DNA of 64,000 nucleotides. Origin: Escherichia coli. GTDB lineage: Bacteria > Pseudomonadota > Gammaproteobacteria > Enterobacterales > Enterobacteriaceae. This document shows, piece after piece, positions 24,050 through 35,789 of this stretch. The stretch lies in the NCBI RefSeq assembly GCF_024223415.1, contig NZ_CP100500.1. One strand, given 5' to 3'. The notes beneath the pieces are model-generated. The model saw only the letters and a list, made by a program, of their open reading frames with translations. It was not told where the DNA came from and made no database searches. Numbering within the stretch: position 1 is the stretch's first letter; each line of letters begins with the position of its first letter. The position numbers and the translations under genes are program-made.

Positions 24050-24970
24050 ATGAGCACCTTAGGTCATCAATACGATAACTCACTGGTTTCCAACGCCTTT
24101 GGTTTTTTACGCCTGCCGATGAACTTCCAGCCGTATGACAGCGATGCTGACTGGGTGATTACTGGTGTGCCGTTCGATATGGCCACTTCTGGTCGTGCGG
24201 GGGGACGCCACGGTCCGGCAGCTATCCGTCAGGTTTCGACGAATCTGGCCTGGGAACACAACCGCTTCCCGTGGAATTTCGACATGCGTGAGCGTCTGAA
24301 CGTCGTGGACTGTGGTGATCTGGTATATGCTTTCGGCGATGCCCGTGAGATGAGCGAGAAGCTGCAGGCGCACGCCGAGAAGCTGCTGGCTGCCGGTAAG
24401 CGTATGCTCTCCTTCGGTGGTGACCACTTTGTTACGCTGCCGCTGCTGCGTGCTCATGCGAAGCATTTCGGCAAAATGGCGCTGGTACACTTTGACGCCC
24501 ACACCGATACCTACGCGAACGGTTGTGAATTTGACCACGGCACCATGTTCTATACCGCGCCGAAAGAAGGTCTGATCGACCCGAATCATTCCGTGCAGAT
24601 TGGTATTCGTACCGAATTTGATAAAGACAACGGCTTTACCGTGCTGGACGCCTGCCAGGTGAACGATCGCAGCGTGGATGACGTTATCGCCCAGGTGAAA
24701 CAAATTGTGGGTGATATGCCGGTTTACCTGACCTTTGATATCGACTGCCTGGATCCTGCATTTGCGCCGGGAACCGGTACGCCGGTAATTGGCGGTCTGA
24801 CCTCCGATCGCGCTATTAAACTGGTACGCGGCCTGAAAGATCTCAACATCGTTGGGATGGACGTAGTGGAAGTGGCTCCGGCATACGATCAGTCGGAAAT
24901 CACCGCTCTGGCAGCGGCAACGCTGGCGCTGGAAATGCTGTATATTCAGGCGGCGAAAAAGGGCGAGTAA
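24050..24970 (+). CDS. speB: agmatinase
   Basis: 306-aa [61 protein letters not shown]... Confidence 0.96.
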   Translation: MSTLGHQYDNSLVSNAFGFLRLPMNFQPYDSDADWVITGVPFDMATSGRAGGRHGPAAIRQVSTNLAWEHNRFPWNFDMRERLNVVDCGDLVYAFGDAREMSEKLQAHAEKLLAAGKRMLSFGGDHFVTLPLLRAHAKHFGKMALVHFDAHTDTYANGCEFDHGTMFYTAPKEGLIDPNHSVQIGIRTEFDKDNGFTVLDACQVNDRSVDDVIAQVKQIVGDMPVYLTFDIDCLDPAFAPGTGTPVIGGLTSDRAIKLVRGLKDLNIVGMDVVEVAPAYDQSEITALAAATLALEMLYIQAAKKGE

Positions 24971-24971
24971 G

Positions 24972-25077
<106 letters not shown>

Positions 25078-25607
25078 TGAACTGCACCCCAAATGTTGGA
25101 CATAATCTGACATCTGAAGGTGCAGTTTATGAAACATTCATTTGAAGTAAAACTTGCCGCTGTAAATCATTACCTGGCCGGTCATGCAGGCATCATTTCT
25201 ACGGCAAAACTCTTTCAACTTTCTCACACCAGCCTCTCACACTGGATTAATCTTTTTCTTCTTCACGGTCCTCAGGCACTGGATTGCAGACACAAGCGTA
25301 GCTATTCTCCTGAAGATAAACTTTGCGTGGTTCTTTATGCTCTCGGGCATTCTGAGTCTCTACCCCGGGTAGCTGCCCGGTTTAACATTCCCAGCCACAA
25401 CATGGTTAAAAACTGGATAAAAGGCTACCGCAAATCTGGTAATGAGGCCTTTATCAGGCGCAGGAAGGAGAAAAGCATGACCCGTTCTGATGATACCCAT
25501 GAAAACGAGGCAAACATGACGCCGGAAGAGATGAAGAATGAGCTGCGTTATCTTCGCGCAGAAAATGCATATCTGAAAGCCATGCAGGAGCATCTCCTGG
25601 AAAAAAA

Positions 25608-26600
<993 letters not shown>

Positions 26601-26611
26601 ACCACCAGGCT

Positions 26612-27370
26612 TTACTTAATCCCATCCGCGCTCATGCGATCGCGAATATGCTGGGCGCGTTCGGCGGATGCAGGATGGTCGTCAAACATTGAGCTTTGGC
26701 GACCTTCTTCCAGTTTTGCCAGTTTTTCAAAGCTGGTGGCAAGACCTGCCGGGCTGATGCCGCGTTGGCGCAGAAGATCGTAAGAATAATCATCGGCTTC
26801 TGCTTCCTGGCGCTGGGAGAATTGCGAATTGACTAATTTCTCGCCCAGATCACCGAGTTGTGATTGAGATAAACTGCCGACAATCCCGCCCGCAGAGGCC
26901 GCAGCTACTCGCACGGCATTTGTACCAAGTGCCACCTGCATTCCTTTTTTCACATGGCCTAACGCCACGTGCCCCATTTCGTGACCGATCACCGCTTCGA
27001 CTTCGTTATCCGTCATCATATCCATCAGCCCGCTATAGACACGGATACAGCCGTTAGCCATTGCAAAGGCGTTCACATCCTTCGCCATATACACTTTGTA
27101 ATTTACCGGCTGACCGTTGATATTGTTGCCTAGCGCATTGGCAATAGTTGTCAGACGTTTAGCGTATTCGCTATTGGCTGGCGCAATCGTCGCCTTGCTG
27201 TCCATCTCCTGACATGCCTGATCGCTCAGGGTTTTCACCTGCGCATCACTCAAACTGTAAGCCTGAAAAGCTTCCGCTCCTGATGAGAGCAGTCCGTTGG
27301 AGTCCATATTCTGGCAACCAGTCAGTACCGTTGCCACGCTCATTGCTACCAATAAGGCGCGAATTTTCAT
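26612..27370 (-). CDS. loiP: M48-family metalloprotease lipoprotein LoiP (YggG)
   Basis: MKIRALLVAMSVATVLTGCQNMD... with HEMGH zinc motif; internal Met chosen over the longer track ORF. Confidence 0.9.
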   Translation of the reverse strand: MKIRALLVAMSVATVLTGCQNMDSNGLLSSGAEAFQAYSLSDAQVKTLSDQACQEMDSKATIAPANSEYAKRLTTIANALGNNINGQPVNYKVYMAKDVNAFAMANGCIRVYSGLMDMMTDNEVEAVIGHEMGHVALGHVKKGMQVALGTNAVRVAAASAGGIVGSLSQSQLGDLGEKLVNSQFSQRQEAEADDYSYDLLRQRGISPAGLATSFEKLAKLEEGRQSSMFDDHPASAERAQHIRDRMSADGIK

Positions 27371-27647
27371 GTTTTTTCTTCCGCACAAGGTCAGGATTAT
27401 TCTAAAAATGCGCCGTTTGCAGGTGAACCGACGCTCAGTCTCAGTATAAGGAAAAGCGCAGCGGACGGGCGAGTAGATTGCGCAACATGCGAGCATGATC
27501 CAGAGATTTCTGAAGCGGCAAAAGGATGTTCCATGTACATGACGCGCGGCTTGCGGTAAATTGTTGGCAAATTTTCCGGCGTAGCCCAAAACGCGCTGTC
27601 GTCAAGTCGTTAAGGGCGTGCCCTTCATCATCCGATCTGGAGTCAAA

Positions 27648-29639
27648 ATGTCCTCACGTAAAGAGCTTGCCAATGCTATTCGTGCGCTGAGCATGGACGC
27701 AGTACAGAAAGCCAAATCCGGTCACCCGGGTGCCCCTATGGGTATGGCTGACATTGCCGAAGTCCTGTGGCGTGATTTCCTGAAACACAACCCGCAGAAT
27801 CCGTCCTGGGCTGACCGTGACCGCTTCGTGCTGTCTAACGGTCACGGCTCCATGCTGATGTATAGCCTGCTGCACCTCACCGGCTACGATCTGCCGATGT
27901 CCGAGCTGCAAAACTTCCGTCAACTGCACTCCAAAACTCCGGGCCACCCGGAAGTGGGTTACACCGCTGGTGTGGAAACCACCACCGGTCCGCTGGGGCA
28001 GGGTATTGCCAACGCAGTAGGTATGGCGATTGCAGAAAAAACGCTGGCGGCGCAGTTTAACCGTCCGGGCCACGACATTGTCGACCACTACACCTACGCC
28101 TTCATGGGCGACGGCTGCATGATGGAAGGCATCTCCCACGAAGTTTGCTCTCTGGCGGGTACGCTGAAGCTGGGTAAACTGATTGCGTTCTACGATGACA
28201 ACGGTATCTCTATTGATGGTCACGTTGAAGGCTGGTTCACCGACGACACCGCAATGCGTTTCGAAGCTTACGGCTGGCACGTTATTCGCGACATCGACGG
28301 TCATGACGCAGCATCCATCAAACGCGCAGTAGAAGAAGCGCGCGCAGTGACTGACAAACCGTCCCTGCTGATGTGCAAAACCATCATCGGTTTCGGTTCC
28401 CCGAACAAAGCCGGTACTCACGACTCCCACGGTGCGCCGCTGGGTGATGCAGAAATCGCTCTGACCCGCGAACAGCTGGGCTGGAAATACGCACCGTTCG
28501 AAATCCCGTCTGAAATCTATGCGCAGTGGGATGCGAAAGAAGCAGGTCAGGCGAAAGAATCCGCATGGAACGAGAAGTTTGCTGCTTACGCCAAAGCTTA
28601 TCCGCAGGAAGCTGCTGAATTCACCCGTCGTATGAAAGGCGAAATGCCGTCTGACTTCGACGCGAAAGCGAAAGAGTTCATTGCTAAACTGCAGGCTAAT
28701 CCGGCGAAAATCGCCAGCCGTAAAGCGTCGCAGAATGCTATCGAAGCGTTCGGTCCGCTGTTGCCGGAATTCCTCGGCGGCTCCGCTGACCTGGCACCGT
28801 CTAACCTGACCCTGTGGTCTGGTTCTAAAGCAATCAACGAAGATGCTGCGGGTAACTACATCCACTACGGTGTTCGCGAGTTCGGTATGACCGCGATTGC
28901 TAACGGTATCTCCCTGCACGGTGGCTTCCTGCCGTACACCTCCACCTTCCTGATGTTCGTAGAATACGCACGTAATGCCGTACGTATGGCTGCGCTGATG
29001 AAACAGCGTCAGGTGATGGTTTACACCCACGACTCCATCGGTCTGGGCGAAGATGGCCCGACTCACCAGCCGGTAGAGCAGGTTGCTTCTCTGCGCGTGA
29101 CCCCGAACATGTCTACATGGCGTCCGTGTGACCAGGTTGAATCCGCGGTCGCGTGGAAATACGGTGTTGAGCGTCAGGACGGTCCGACCGCGCTTATCCT
29201 CTCCCGTCAGAACCTGGCGCAGCAGGAACGTACTGAAGAGCAACTGGCAAACATCGCGCGCGGTGGTTATGTGCTGAAAGACTGTGCTGGTCAGCCGGAA
29301 CTGATCTTCATCGCTACCGGTTCAGAAGTTGAACTGGCGGTTGCTGCCTACGAAAAACTGACTGCTGAAGGCGTGAAAGCGCGCGTGGTTTCCATGCCGT
29401 CTACCGACGCATTCGACAAGCAGGACGCGGCTTACCGTGAGTCTGTCCTGCCGAAAGCTGTTACTGCACGCGTTGCGGTGGAAGCGGGTATTGCTGACTA
29501 CTGGTACAAGTATGTTGGCCTGAATGGCGCTATCATCGGTATGACCACCTTCGGTGAATCTGCTCCGGCAGAGCTGCTGTTTGAAGAGTTCGGCTTCACT
29601 GTTGATAACGTTGTTGCGAAAGCAAAAGCGCTGCTGTAA
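27648..29639 (+). CDS. tktA: transketolase 1
   Basis: [52 protein letters not shown]... Confidence 0.96.
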   Translation: MSSRKELANAIRALSMDAVQKAKSGHPGAPMGMADIAEVLWRDFLKHNPQNPSWADRDRFVLSNGHGSMLMYSLLHLTGYDLPMSELQNFRQLHSKTPGHPEVGYTAGVETTTGPLGQGIANAVGMAIAEKTLAAQFNRPGHDIVDHYTYAFMGDGCMMEGISHEVCSLAGTLKLGKLIAFYDDNGISIDGHVEGWFTDDTAMRFEAYGWHVIRDIDGHDAASIKRAVEEARAVTDKPSLLMCKTIIGFGSPNKAGTHDSHGAPLGDAEIALTREQLGWKYAPFEIPSEIYAQWDAKEAGQAKESAWNEKFAAYAKAYPQEAAEFTRRMKGEMPSDFDAKAKEFIAKLQANPAKIASRKASQNAIEAFGPLLPEFLGGSADLAPSNLTLWSGSKAINEDAAGNYIHYGVREFGMTAIANGISLHGGFLPYTSTFLMFVEYARNAVRMAALMKQRQVMVYTHDSIGLGEDGPTHQPVEQVASLRVTPNMSTWRPCDQVESAVAWKYGVERQDGPTALILSRQNLAQQERTEEQLANIARGGYVLKDCAGQPELIFIATGSEVELAVAAYEKLTAEGVKARVVSMPSTDAFDKQDAAYRESVLPKAVTARVAVEAGIADYWYKYVGLNGAIIGMTTFGESAPAELLFEEFGFTVDNVVAKAKALL

Positions 29640-29660
29640 TCAGTAAGACGTTTTGTGAGA

Positions 29661-29685
29661 AGGGCCGCGAAAGCGGCCCTTTAGA
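29661..29685 (+). terminator. tktA terminator hairpin
   Basis: gggccgcgaaagcggccc followed by ttt; the same hairpin recurs at 29838-29855. Confidence 0.5.
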
Positions 29686-29689
29686 TTAT

Positions 29690-29835
<146 letters not shown>

Positions 29836-29858
29836 GGGCCGCGAAAGCGGCCCTTTTT

Positions 29859-30767
29859 TTACTTAGTAGAGATAAACGGAACTGTGCTGCCGGGGATCAT
29901 GGTATCGGGCAGTTTACCGTCCCAACGTTCGGCAGTGGTGAGGGCTACAAGTCCGGGATTATCCCGCAGAGCTTCACCGCGCAGGCGGATTGCTTCTGCT
30001 TCAGCCGCACTTTTTAAACGAATAGTTTCAGCCTCTGCCGCGCCTCTTACGCGAATAGTTTCCGCTTCTGCTTTGGCTGCCGCCAGTTTACTGTCTGCTT
30101 CTGCCTGGGCCTGAGTTACCGCTATTTGCGCCTGGATTTTCTCTGTTTCCAGATTTTGCTTACGCGTGGCAATGGCGACTTCTGCTTTCATTCGGTCTTC
30201 AATCGACTTTTCATAAGCGTCAGAAAAATCAATATTTTCAATCTGGACCCCGTCAATTACCACTGGCCCAACAACGGCTTTGCGCATGGCATTTTGCAGA
30301 TCCTGAACCAGTTTTGTACGATCCTGTACAGCGCTGATGGCGGTATATTGGCCGAAAACGTTCTCCAGTTGAGTTGGCAACTGACGGACAATCAGACGAT
30401 CTTTTAATGCTTCAATGGTGTTGTAGGTGGTATAAACCGCGCCTGCTTCTGAAGGTTTAATGTGGAAGCTGACTGATACTGTCATTTGTGCCGGTTGCTG
30501 GTCGCGGCTGTAGGCCTGTAATCCCTGATAGACCACAGCCTGATTACGCGTGGAAATTTTCTCCACGCTTTCCATAAACGGGATCTTAAAACCCAGACCC
30601 GGCTCGGCAACTTTTACGATTTTTCCGTAGCGCAGCAAAATGCCGCGTTCACCTTCATTAACGGTGTAATACGAGAGAAATGGCAGCACAACCACGGCAA
30701 GCACGCCGATGGCGATAGCAAGAGATTTTTGTGGGCGAAATGAGGTTAATGAAACAGGTGCTTTCAT
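29859..30767 (-). CDS. SPFH/band-7 (stomatin/prohibitin-like) membrane protein with a C-terminal Ala/Glu-rich repeat
   Basis: N-terminal TM segment SLAIAIGVLAVVVLPFLSYY, SPFH-like core, then AAAKAEAETIRVRGAAEAETIRLKSAAEAEAIRLRGEA. Confidence 0.65.
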   Translation of the reverse strand: MKAPVSLTSFRPQKSLAIAIGVLAVVVLPFLSYYTVNEGERGILLRYGKIVKVAEPGLGFKIPFMESVEKISTRNQAVVYQGLQAYSRDQQPAQMTVSVSFHIKPSEAGAVYTTYNTIEALKDRLIVRQLPTQLENVFGQYTAISAVQDRTKLVQDLQNAMRKAVVGPVVIDGVQIENIDFSDAYEKSIEDRMKAEVAIATRKQNLETEKIQAQIAVTQAQAEADSKLAAAKAEAETIRVRGAAEAETIRLKSAAEAEAIRLRGEALRDNPGLVALTTAERWDGKLPDTMIPGSTVPFISTK

Positions 30768-31144
30768 GACAATCTTCCTTGAGTAAAGTGTGGGAATATG
30801 TCACATGAGATGAGGAGAAAACAGCCGACAGGTGAGAATTCAGAATCTATAAAGGGGTATAGCGAAAAAACATTGCATTAGGAAAGTATGTTTTCGAACA
30901 TTCAATAAATAAATAGAGATATTCATCACAAATACAATAACAAACAAAATGTTGATTTTGTGATAAGCATAACAAATACAAAGTTGACTTTAAAAATATC
31001 AATTTCATATTGTTGTTATTTAAGGTTTTATTATTTTGGTTTATGGGGTTTTTCTTCTCGCGTACCCAATTGCTTTCATTAAACCGCACGAGTATTTTAT
31101 TTTTACCGCCGGACGGTACCCTAAAAATAAAATAAGGATAATTT

Positions 31145-31588
31145 ATGCGGCTTAGTGATTATTTTCCAGAATCATCAATCTCAGTTATACATTCAGCAAA
31201 AGATTGGCAGGAAGCTATCGATTTCTCGATGGTATCATTGCTGGATAAAAACTATATCAGCGAGAATTACATTCAGGCAATTAAAGATTCCACCATTAAC
31301 AATGGCCCTTATTATATTCTCGCACCAGGCGTGGCAATGCCTCATGCGCGACCGGAATGTGGGGCGCTTAAAACCGGGATGTCTTTGACATTACTTGAAC
31401 AAGGTGTTTATTTTCCGGGGAATGACGAACCAATTAAATTACTCATCGGACTCTCTGCTACCGATGCCGATTCGCACATTGGCGCTATTCAGGCGTTAAG
31501 TGAATTACTGTGCGAAGAAGAAATACTCGAACAACTCTTAACAGCATCATCAGAAAAACAATTAGCGGACATTATCAGCCGCGGATAA
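31145..31588 (+). CDS. cmtB: mannitol-family PTS enzyme IIA (cryptic cmt operon)
   Basis: 147-aa ORF MRLSDYFPESSISVIHSAKDWQEAIDFSMVSLLDKNYISENYIQ... Confidence 0.88.
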   Translation: MRLSDYFPESSISVIHSAKDWQEAIDFSMVSLLDKNYISENYIQAIKDSTINNGPYYILAPGVAMPHARPECGALKTGMSLTLLEQGVYFPGNDEPIKLLIGLSATDADSHIGAIQALSELLCEEEILEQLLTASSEKQLADIISRG

Positions 31589-31615
31589 TTACTCTCTCCT
31601 CTACAGGATAATATT

Positions 31616-33004
31616 ATGGAAAACAAGTCTGCTCGTGCAAAGGTCCAGGCTTTTGGGGGCTTTTTGACTGCAATGGTCATCCCCAATATTGGTGCTTTTA
31701 TTGCCTGGGGTTTTATTACTGCGTTATTTATTCCCACCGGTTGGCTGCCTAACGAACATTTCGCCAAAATTGTCGGCCCGATGATTACCTATTTATTGCC
31801 CGTGATGATTGGTTCTACCGGTGGTCATCTGGTCGGCGGTAAACGCGGCGCGGTCATGGGCGGAATAGGTACTATTGGTGTGATCGTCGGCGCAGAGATC
31901 CCGATGTTCCTTGGCTCAATGATTATGGGGCCGCTCGGTGGTCTGGTCATAAAATATGTTGATAAGGCACTGGAAAAACGCATACCTGCCGGTTTTGAGA
32001 TGGTTATCAATAACTTCTCATTAGGTATCGCGGGGATGCTCCTTTGCCTGCTGGGTTTTGAAGTGATCGGCCCGGCGGTGTTAATTGCCAATACTTTCGT
32101 CAAAGAGTGTATTGAGGCGCTGGTACATGCGGGTTATCTGCCTCTGCTGTCAGTCATCAATGAACCGGCGAAAGTGCTTTTCCTTAATAATGCGATCGAT
32201 CAGGGCGTCTATTATCCGCTGGGAATGCAACAGGCTTCGGTTAACGGTAAATCCATCTTCTTTATGGTGGCCTCTAACCCAGGTCCGGGCCTGGGGCTGC
32301 TGCTGGCGTTTACCTTGTTTGGTAAAGGGATGAGTAAACGTTCTGCGCCCGGGGCGATGATTATTCACTTCCTCGGTGGGATCCACGAACTGTATTTCCC
32401 ATATGTGCTGATGAAGCCGCTGACTATTATTGCCATGATTGCGGGCGGTATGTCTGGCACCTGGATGTTTAACTTACTGGACGGTGGTCTGGTGGCTGGC
32501 CCAAGTCCGGGGTCTATCTTTGCTTACCTGGCGCTGACGCCGAAAGGTTCGTTCCTGGCGACAATTGCCGGTGTTACGGTAGGTACCCTGGTGTCCTTTG
32601 CTATCACTTCGCTGATACTGAAGATGGAAAAAACGGTGGAAACGGAGAGCGAAGATGAGTTTGCTCAGTCAGCCAATGCGGTTAAGGCGATGAAACAAGA
32701 GGGTGCATTCTCGTTAAGCAGGGTTAAGCGTATCGCCTTTGTTTGCGATGCGGGGATGGGCTCCAGTGCGATGGGCGCGACCACCTTCCGTAAACGCCTG
32801 GAAAAAGCGGGGCTGGCAATTGAAGTAAAACATTACGCCATAGAAAACGTGCCTGCGGATGCGGATATCGTCGTTACTCATGCCAGTCTGGAAGGGCGCG
32901 TGAAACGTGTGACGGATAAACCACTGATATTGATTAATAACTATATTGGCGATCCAAAACTCGACACTTTATTTAATCAATTAACCGCCGAACATAAACA
33001 CTGA
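31616..33004 (+). CDS. cmtA: mannitol-family PTS enzyme IICB (cryptic)
   Basis: 462-aa ORF MENKSARAKVQAFGGFLTAMVIPNIGAFIAWGFITALFIPTGW... Confidence 0.9.
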   Translation: MENKSARAKVQAFGGFLTAMVIPNIGAFIAWGFITALFIPTGWLPNEHFAKIVGPMITYLLPVMIGSTGGHLVGGKRGAVMGGIGTIGVIVGAEIPMFLGSMIMGPLGGLVIKYVDKALEKRIPAGFEMVINNFSLGIAGMLLCLLGFEVIGPAVLIANTFVKECIEALVHAGYLPLLSVINEPAKVLFLNNAIDQGVYYPLGMQQASVNGKSIFFMVASNPGPGLGLLLAFTLFGKGMSKRSAPGAMIIHFLGGIHELYFPYVLMKPLTIIAMIAGGMSGTWMFNLLDGGLVAGPSPGSIFAYLALTPKGSFLATIAGVTVGTLVSFAITSLILKMEKTVETESEDEFAQSANAVKAMKQEGAFSLSRVKRIAFVCDAGMGSSAMGATTFRKRLEKAGLAIEVKHYAIENVPADADIVVTHASLEGRVKRVTDKPLILINNYIGDPKLDTLFNQLTAEHKH

Positions 33005-33018
33005 TTACAGAGGTAAAA

Positions 33019-34296
33019 ATGAAAACCAAAGTTGCTGCTATTTATGGCAAGCGGGATGTCCGTCTGCGCGAATTTGAACTGCCAGAAATTACCGATAATG
33101 AATTACTGGTGAGTGTGATTTCTGACAGCGTCTGTTTATCCACCTGGAAAGCGGCGTTACTCGGTAGTGAACATAAACGCGTACCCGACGATTTAGAAAA
33201 TCATCCGGTCATTACCGGGCATGAATGTGCCGGGGTTATTGTCGAAGTGGGTAAAAATCTCACTGGCAAATATAAAAAAGGCCAGCGTTTTGTATTGCAA
33301 CCGGCGATGGGGTTACCAAGCGGATATTCAGCGGGCTACAGCTACGAATATTTTGGCGGCAATGCCACTTATATGATTATTCCCGAAATCGCCATTAATT
33401 TGGGCTGCGTATTACCGTATCACGGCTCTTATTTTGCTGCGGCGTCGCTGGCAGAGCCTATGTGCTGCATTATTGGTGCTTATCATGCCAATTATCACAC
33501 CACGCAATATGTTTATGAGCATCGCATGGGCGTCAAACCTGGCGGTAATATTGCACTGCTGGCGTGTGCAGGTCCGATGGGCATTGGCGCTATCGATTAC
33601 GCCATTAACGGCGGCATACAACCGTCGCGGGTGGTGGTGGTCGATATCGACGACAAACGTCTGGCGCAGGTACAGAAGCTGCTGCCGGTGGAACTGGCGG
33701 CCAGTAAAGGCATTGAGCTGGTGTATGTGAATACCAAAGGGATGAGCGATCCTGTCCAGATGCTGCGGGCGCTGACAGGAGATGCCGGGTTCGATGACAT
33801 TTTTGTTTATGCGGCGGTGCCTGCTGTCGTTGAGATGGCTGATGAATTACTGGCGGAAGATGGCTGTCTGAACTTCTTTGCCGGGCCGACGGATAAAAAC
33901 TTCAAAGTGCCGTTTAATTTCTACAACGTTCATTACAACAGCACGCACGTCGTCGGTACATCCGGCGGTTCAACGGGCGACATGAAAGAGGCGATTGCCC
34001 TTAGCGCCACTGGGCAGTTACAGCCGTCGTTTATGGTGACCCATATCGGTGGCCTGGATGCGGTGCCAGAAACCGTGCTCAATCTGCCGGATATCCCTGG
34101 CGGTAAAAAACTCATTTATAACGGCGTGACCATGCCGCTCACTGCCATTGCCGATTTTGCCGAAAAAGGCAAAACCGATCCGCTGTTTAAAGAGTTGGCG
34201 CGGCTGGTTGAGGAAACGCACGGCATCTGGAATGAACAGGCCGAGAAATATCTGCTGGCACAATTTGGCGTTGATATCGGGGAGGCCGCGCAATGA
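33019..34296 (+). CDS. yggP: zinc-type alcohol dehydrogenase-like protein YggP
   Basis: 425-aa ORF MKTKVAAIYGKRDVRLREFELPEITDNELLVSVISDSVCLSTWKAALLG... Confidence 0.88.
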   Translation: MKTKVAAIYGKRDVRLREFELPEITDNELLVSVISDSVCLSTWKAALLGSEHKRVPDDLENHPVITGHECAGVIVEVGKNLTGKYKKGQRFVLQPAMGLPSGYSAGYSYEYFGGNATYMIIPEIAINLGCVLPYHGSYFAAASLAEPMCCIIGAYHANYHTTQYVYEHRMGVKPGGNIALLACAGPMGIGAIDYAINGGIQPSRVVVVDIDDKRLAQVQKLLPVELAASKGIELVYVNTKGMSDPVQMLRALTGDAGFDDIFVYAAVPAVVEMADELLAEDGCLNFFAGPTDKNFKVPFNFYNVHYNSTHVVGTSGGSTGDMKEAIALSATGQLQPSFMVTHIGGLDAVPETVLNLPDIPGGKKLIYNGVTMPLTAIADFAEKGKTDPLFKELARLVEETHGIWNEQAEKYLLAQFGVDIGEAAQ

Positions 34297-35258
34297 TGTC
34301 CCTGGCGTGGCCATTATTTCGCGTTACGGAACAGGCAGCGTTGGCTGCCTGGCCGCAAACCGGATGTGGCGACAAAAATAAAATTGATGGCCTGGCGGTC
34401 ACCGCGATGCGCCAGGCATTAAACGACGTCGCTTTTCGTGGACGAGTGGTTATCGGCGAAGGAGAAATTGACCATGCGCCGATGCTGTGGATTGGCGAAG
34501 ATGTGGGCAAAGGCGATGGACCAGAAGTCGATATCGCGGTTGATCCCATTGAAGGCACGCGGATGGTGGCGATGGGGCAGAGCAATGCGCTGGCGGTCAT
34601 GGCTTTCGCCCCTCGAGATAGCCTGTTACATGCGCCCGATATGTATATGAAAAAGCTGGTTGTTAATCGACTGGCTGCCGGGGCGATTGATCTGTCTTTG
34701 CCTCTGGCGGACAACTTGCGTAACGTGGCGCGGGCGTTAGGTAAACCGCTGGACAAGCTGCGCATGGTTACGCTGGATAAACCGCGTCTGAGTGCCGCGA
34801 TTGAGGAAGCAACACAGCTGGGGGTGAAAGTTTTTGCCCTGCCGGATGGCGATGTCGCCGCCAGCGTGCTGACCTGCTGGCAGGATAATCCTTACGATGT
34901 GATGTACACCATCGGCGGTGCGCCAGAAGGCGTGATTTCTGCCTGTGCCGTTAAAGCATTAGGCGGGGATATGCAGGCCGAGCTGATTGACTTTTGTCAG
35001 GCTAAAGGGGATTACACGGAAAATCGGCAGATTGCAGAGCAGGAGCGCAAGCGTTGCAAGGCAATGGGCGTTGACGTTAACCGTGTGTACTCGCTCGATG
35101 AACTGGTGAGGGGGAACGATATCCTCTTTAGCGCTACGGGCGTCACGGGCGGCGAGTTGGTGAACGGTATCCAACAGACGGCGAATGGGGTGCGGACGCA
35201 GACATTACTGATCGGCGGCGCGGACCAAACGTGTAATATAATAGACTCCCTGCATTGA
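34293..35258 (+). CDS. yggF: fructose-1,6-bisphosphatase, class II (GlpX-like) YggF
   Basis: 321-aa ORF MMSLAWPLFRVTEQAALAAWPQTGCGDKNKIDGLAVTAMRQALNDV... Confidence 0.9.
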   Translation: MMSLAWPLFRVTEQAALAAWPQTGCGDKNKIDGLAVTAMRQALNDVAFRGRVVIGEGEIDHAPMLWIGEDVGKGDGPEVDIAVDPIEGTRMVAMGQSNALAVMAFAPRDSLLHAPDMYMKKLVVNRLAAGAIDLSLPLADNLRNVARALGKPLDKLRMVTLDKPRLSAAIEEATQLGVKVFALPDGDVAASVLTCWQDNPYDVMYTIGGAPEGVISACAVKALGGDMQAELIDFCQAKGDYTENRQIAEQERKRCKAMGVDVNRVYSLDELVRGNDILFSATGVTGGELVNGIQQTANGVRTQTLLIGGADQTCNIIDSLH

Positions 35259-35279
35259 TGGTGATCTATCGGAAGACCA

Positions 35280-35789
35280 ATGGCGACGCTGACAGAAGAT
35301 GATGTGCTTGAGCAACTGGATGCACAGGACAATTTATTTTCATTTATGAAAACTGCGCATTCTATTTTGCTCCAGGGGATACGCCAGTTTCTGCCGTCGC
35401 TGTTTGTCGATAACGATGAAGAGATCGTCGAATATGCAGTGAAGCCGTTACTCGCCCAAAGCGGCCCGCTTGACGATATTGATGTCGCACTGCGTTTGAT
35501 TTATGCGCTGGGGAAAATGGATAAATGGCTGTACGCCGATATCACGCATTTTTCCCTGTTCTGGCATTACCTGAACGAACAGGATGAAGCGCCCGGATTT
35601 GCCGATGACATGACCTGGGATTTTATCAGCAACGTCAATAGCATAACCTGCAATGCGACGCTCTATGACGCGTTGAAAGCGATGAAGTTCGCCGATTTCG
35701 CCGTCTGGTCAGAGGCGCGTTTTAGCGGAATGGTCAAAACGGCGCTGACGCTGGCAGTAACGACCACCTTAAAGGAATTAACGCCGTGA
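35280..35789 (+). CDS. yggD: MtlR-like transcriptional regulator YggD
   Basis: 169-aa ORF MATLTEDDVLEQLDAQDNLFSFMKTAHSILLQGIRQF... Confidence 0.85.
   Translation: MATLTEDDVLEQLDAQDNLFSFMKTAHSILLQGIRQFLPSLFVDNDEEIVEYAVKPLLAQSGPLDDIDVALRLIYALGKMDKWLYADITHFSLFWHYLNEQDEAPGFADDMTWDFISNVNSITCNATLYDALKAMKFADFAVWSEARFSGMVKTALTLAVTTTLKELTP

Noticed and set aside
26612-27589. Longer N-terminally extended versions of loiP (325 aa), and likewise of epd, pgk, fbaA, rpiA, argP, scpB and pepP in the ORF track
   Set aside because: The extensions lack signal peptide or conserved N-termini; internal Met codons reproduce the known protein N-termini, so the shorter starts were used.
27654-29243. 529-aa antisense ORF opposite tktA (similar long antisense ORFs lie opposite ansB at 6227-7144, fbaA at 42270-43244, speA at 22321-22893 and pepP at 61274-61978)
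   Set aside because: Each is fully contained in a confidently identified conserved gene on the other strand; long antisense frames are expected in GC-balanced coding DNA.
29884-30114. 76-aa ORF with a repeated RIVSASA motif
   Set aside because: It is the antisense translation of the Ala/Glu tandem repeat inside the SPFH gene.
30847-31089. 80-aa ORF in the AT-rich spacer upstream of cmtB
   Set aside because: Asn/Lys/Tyr-rich translation typical of AT-rich non-coding DNA; no RBS and no recognisable fold.
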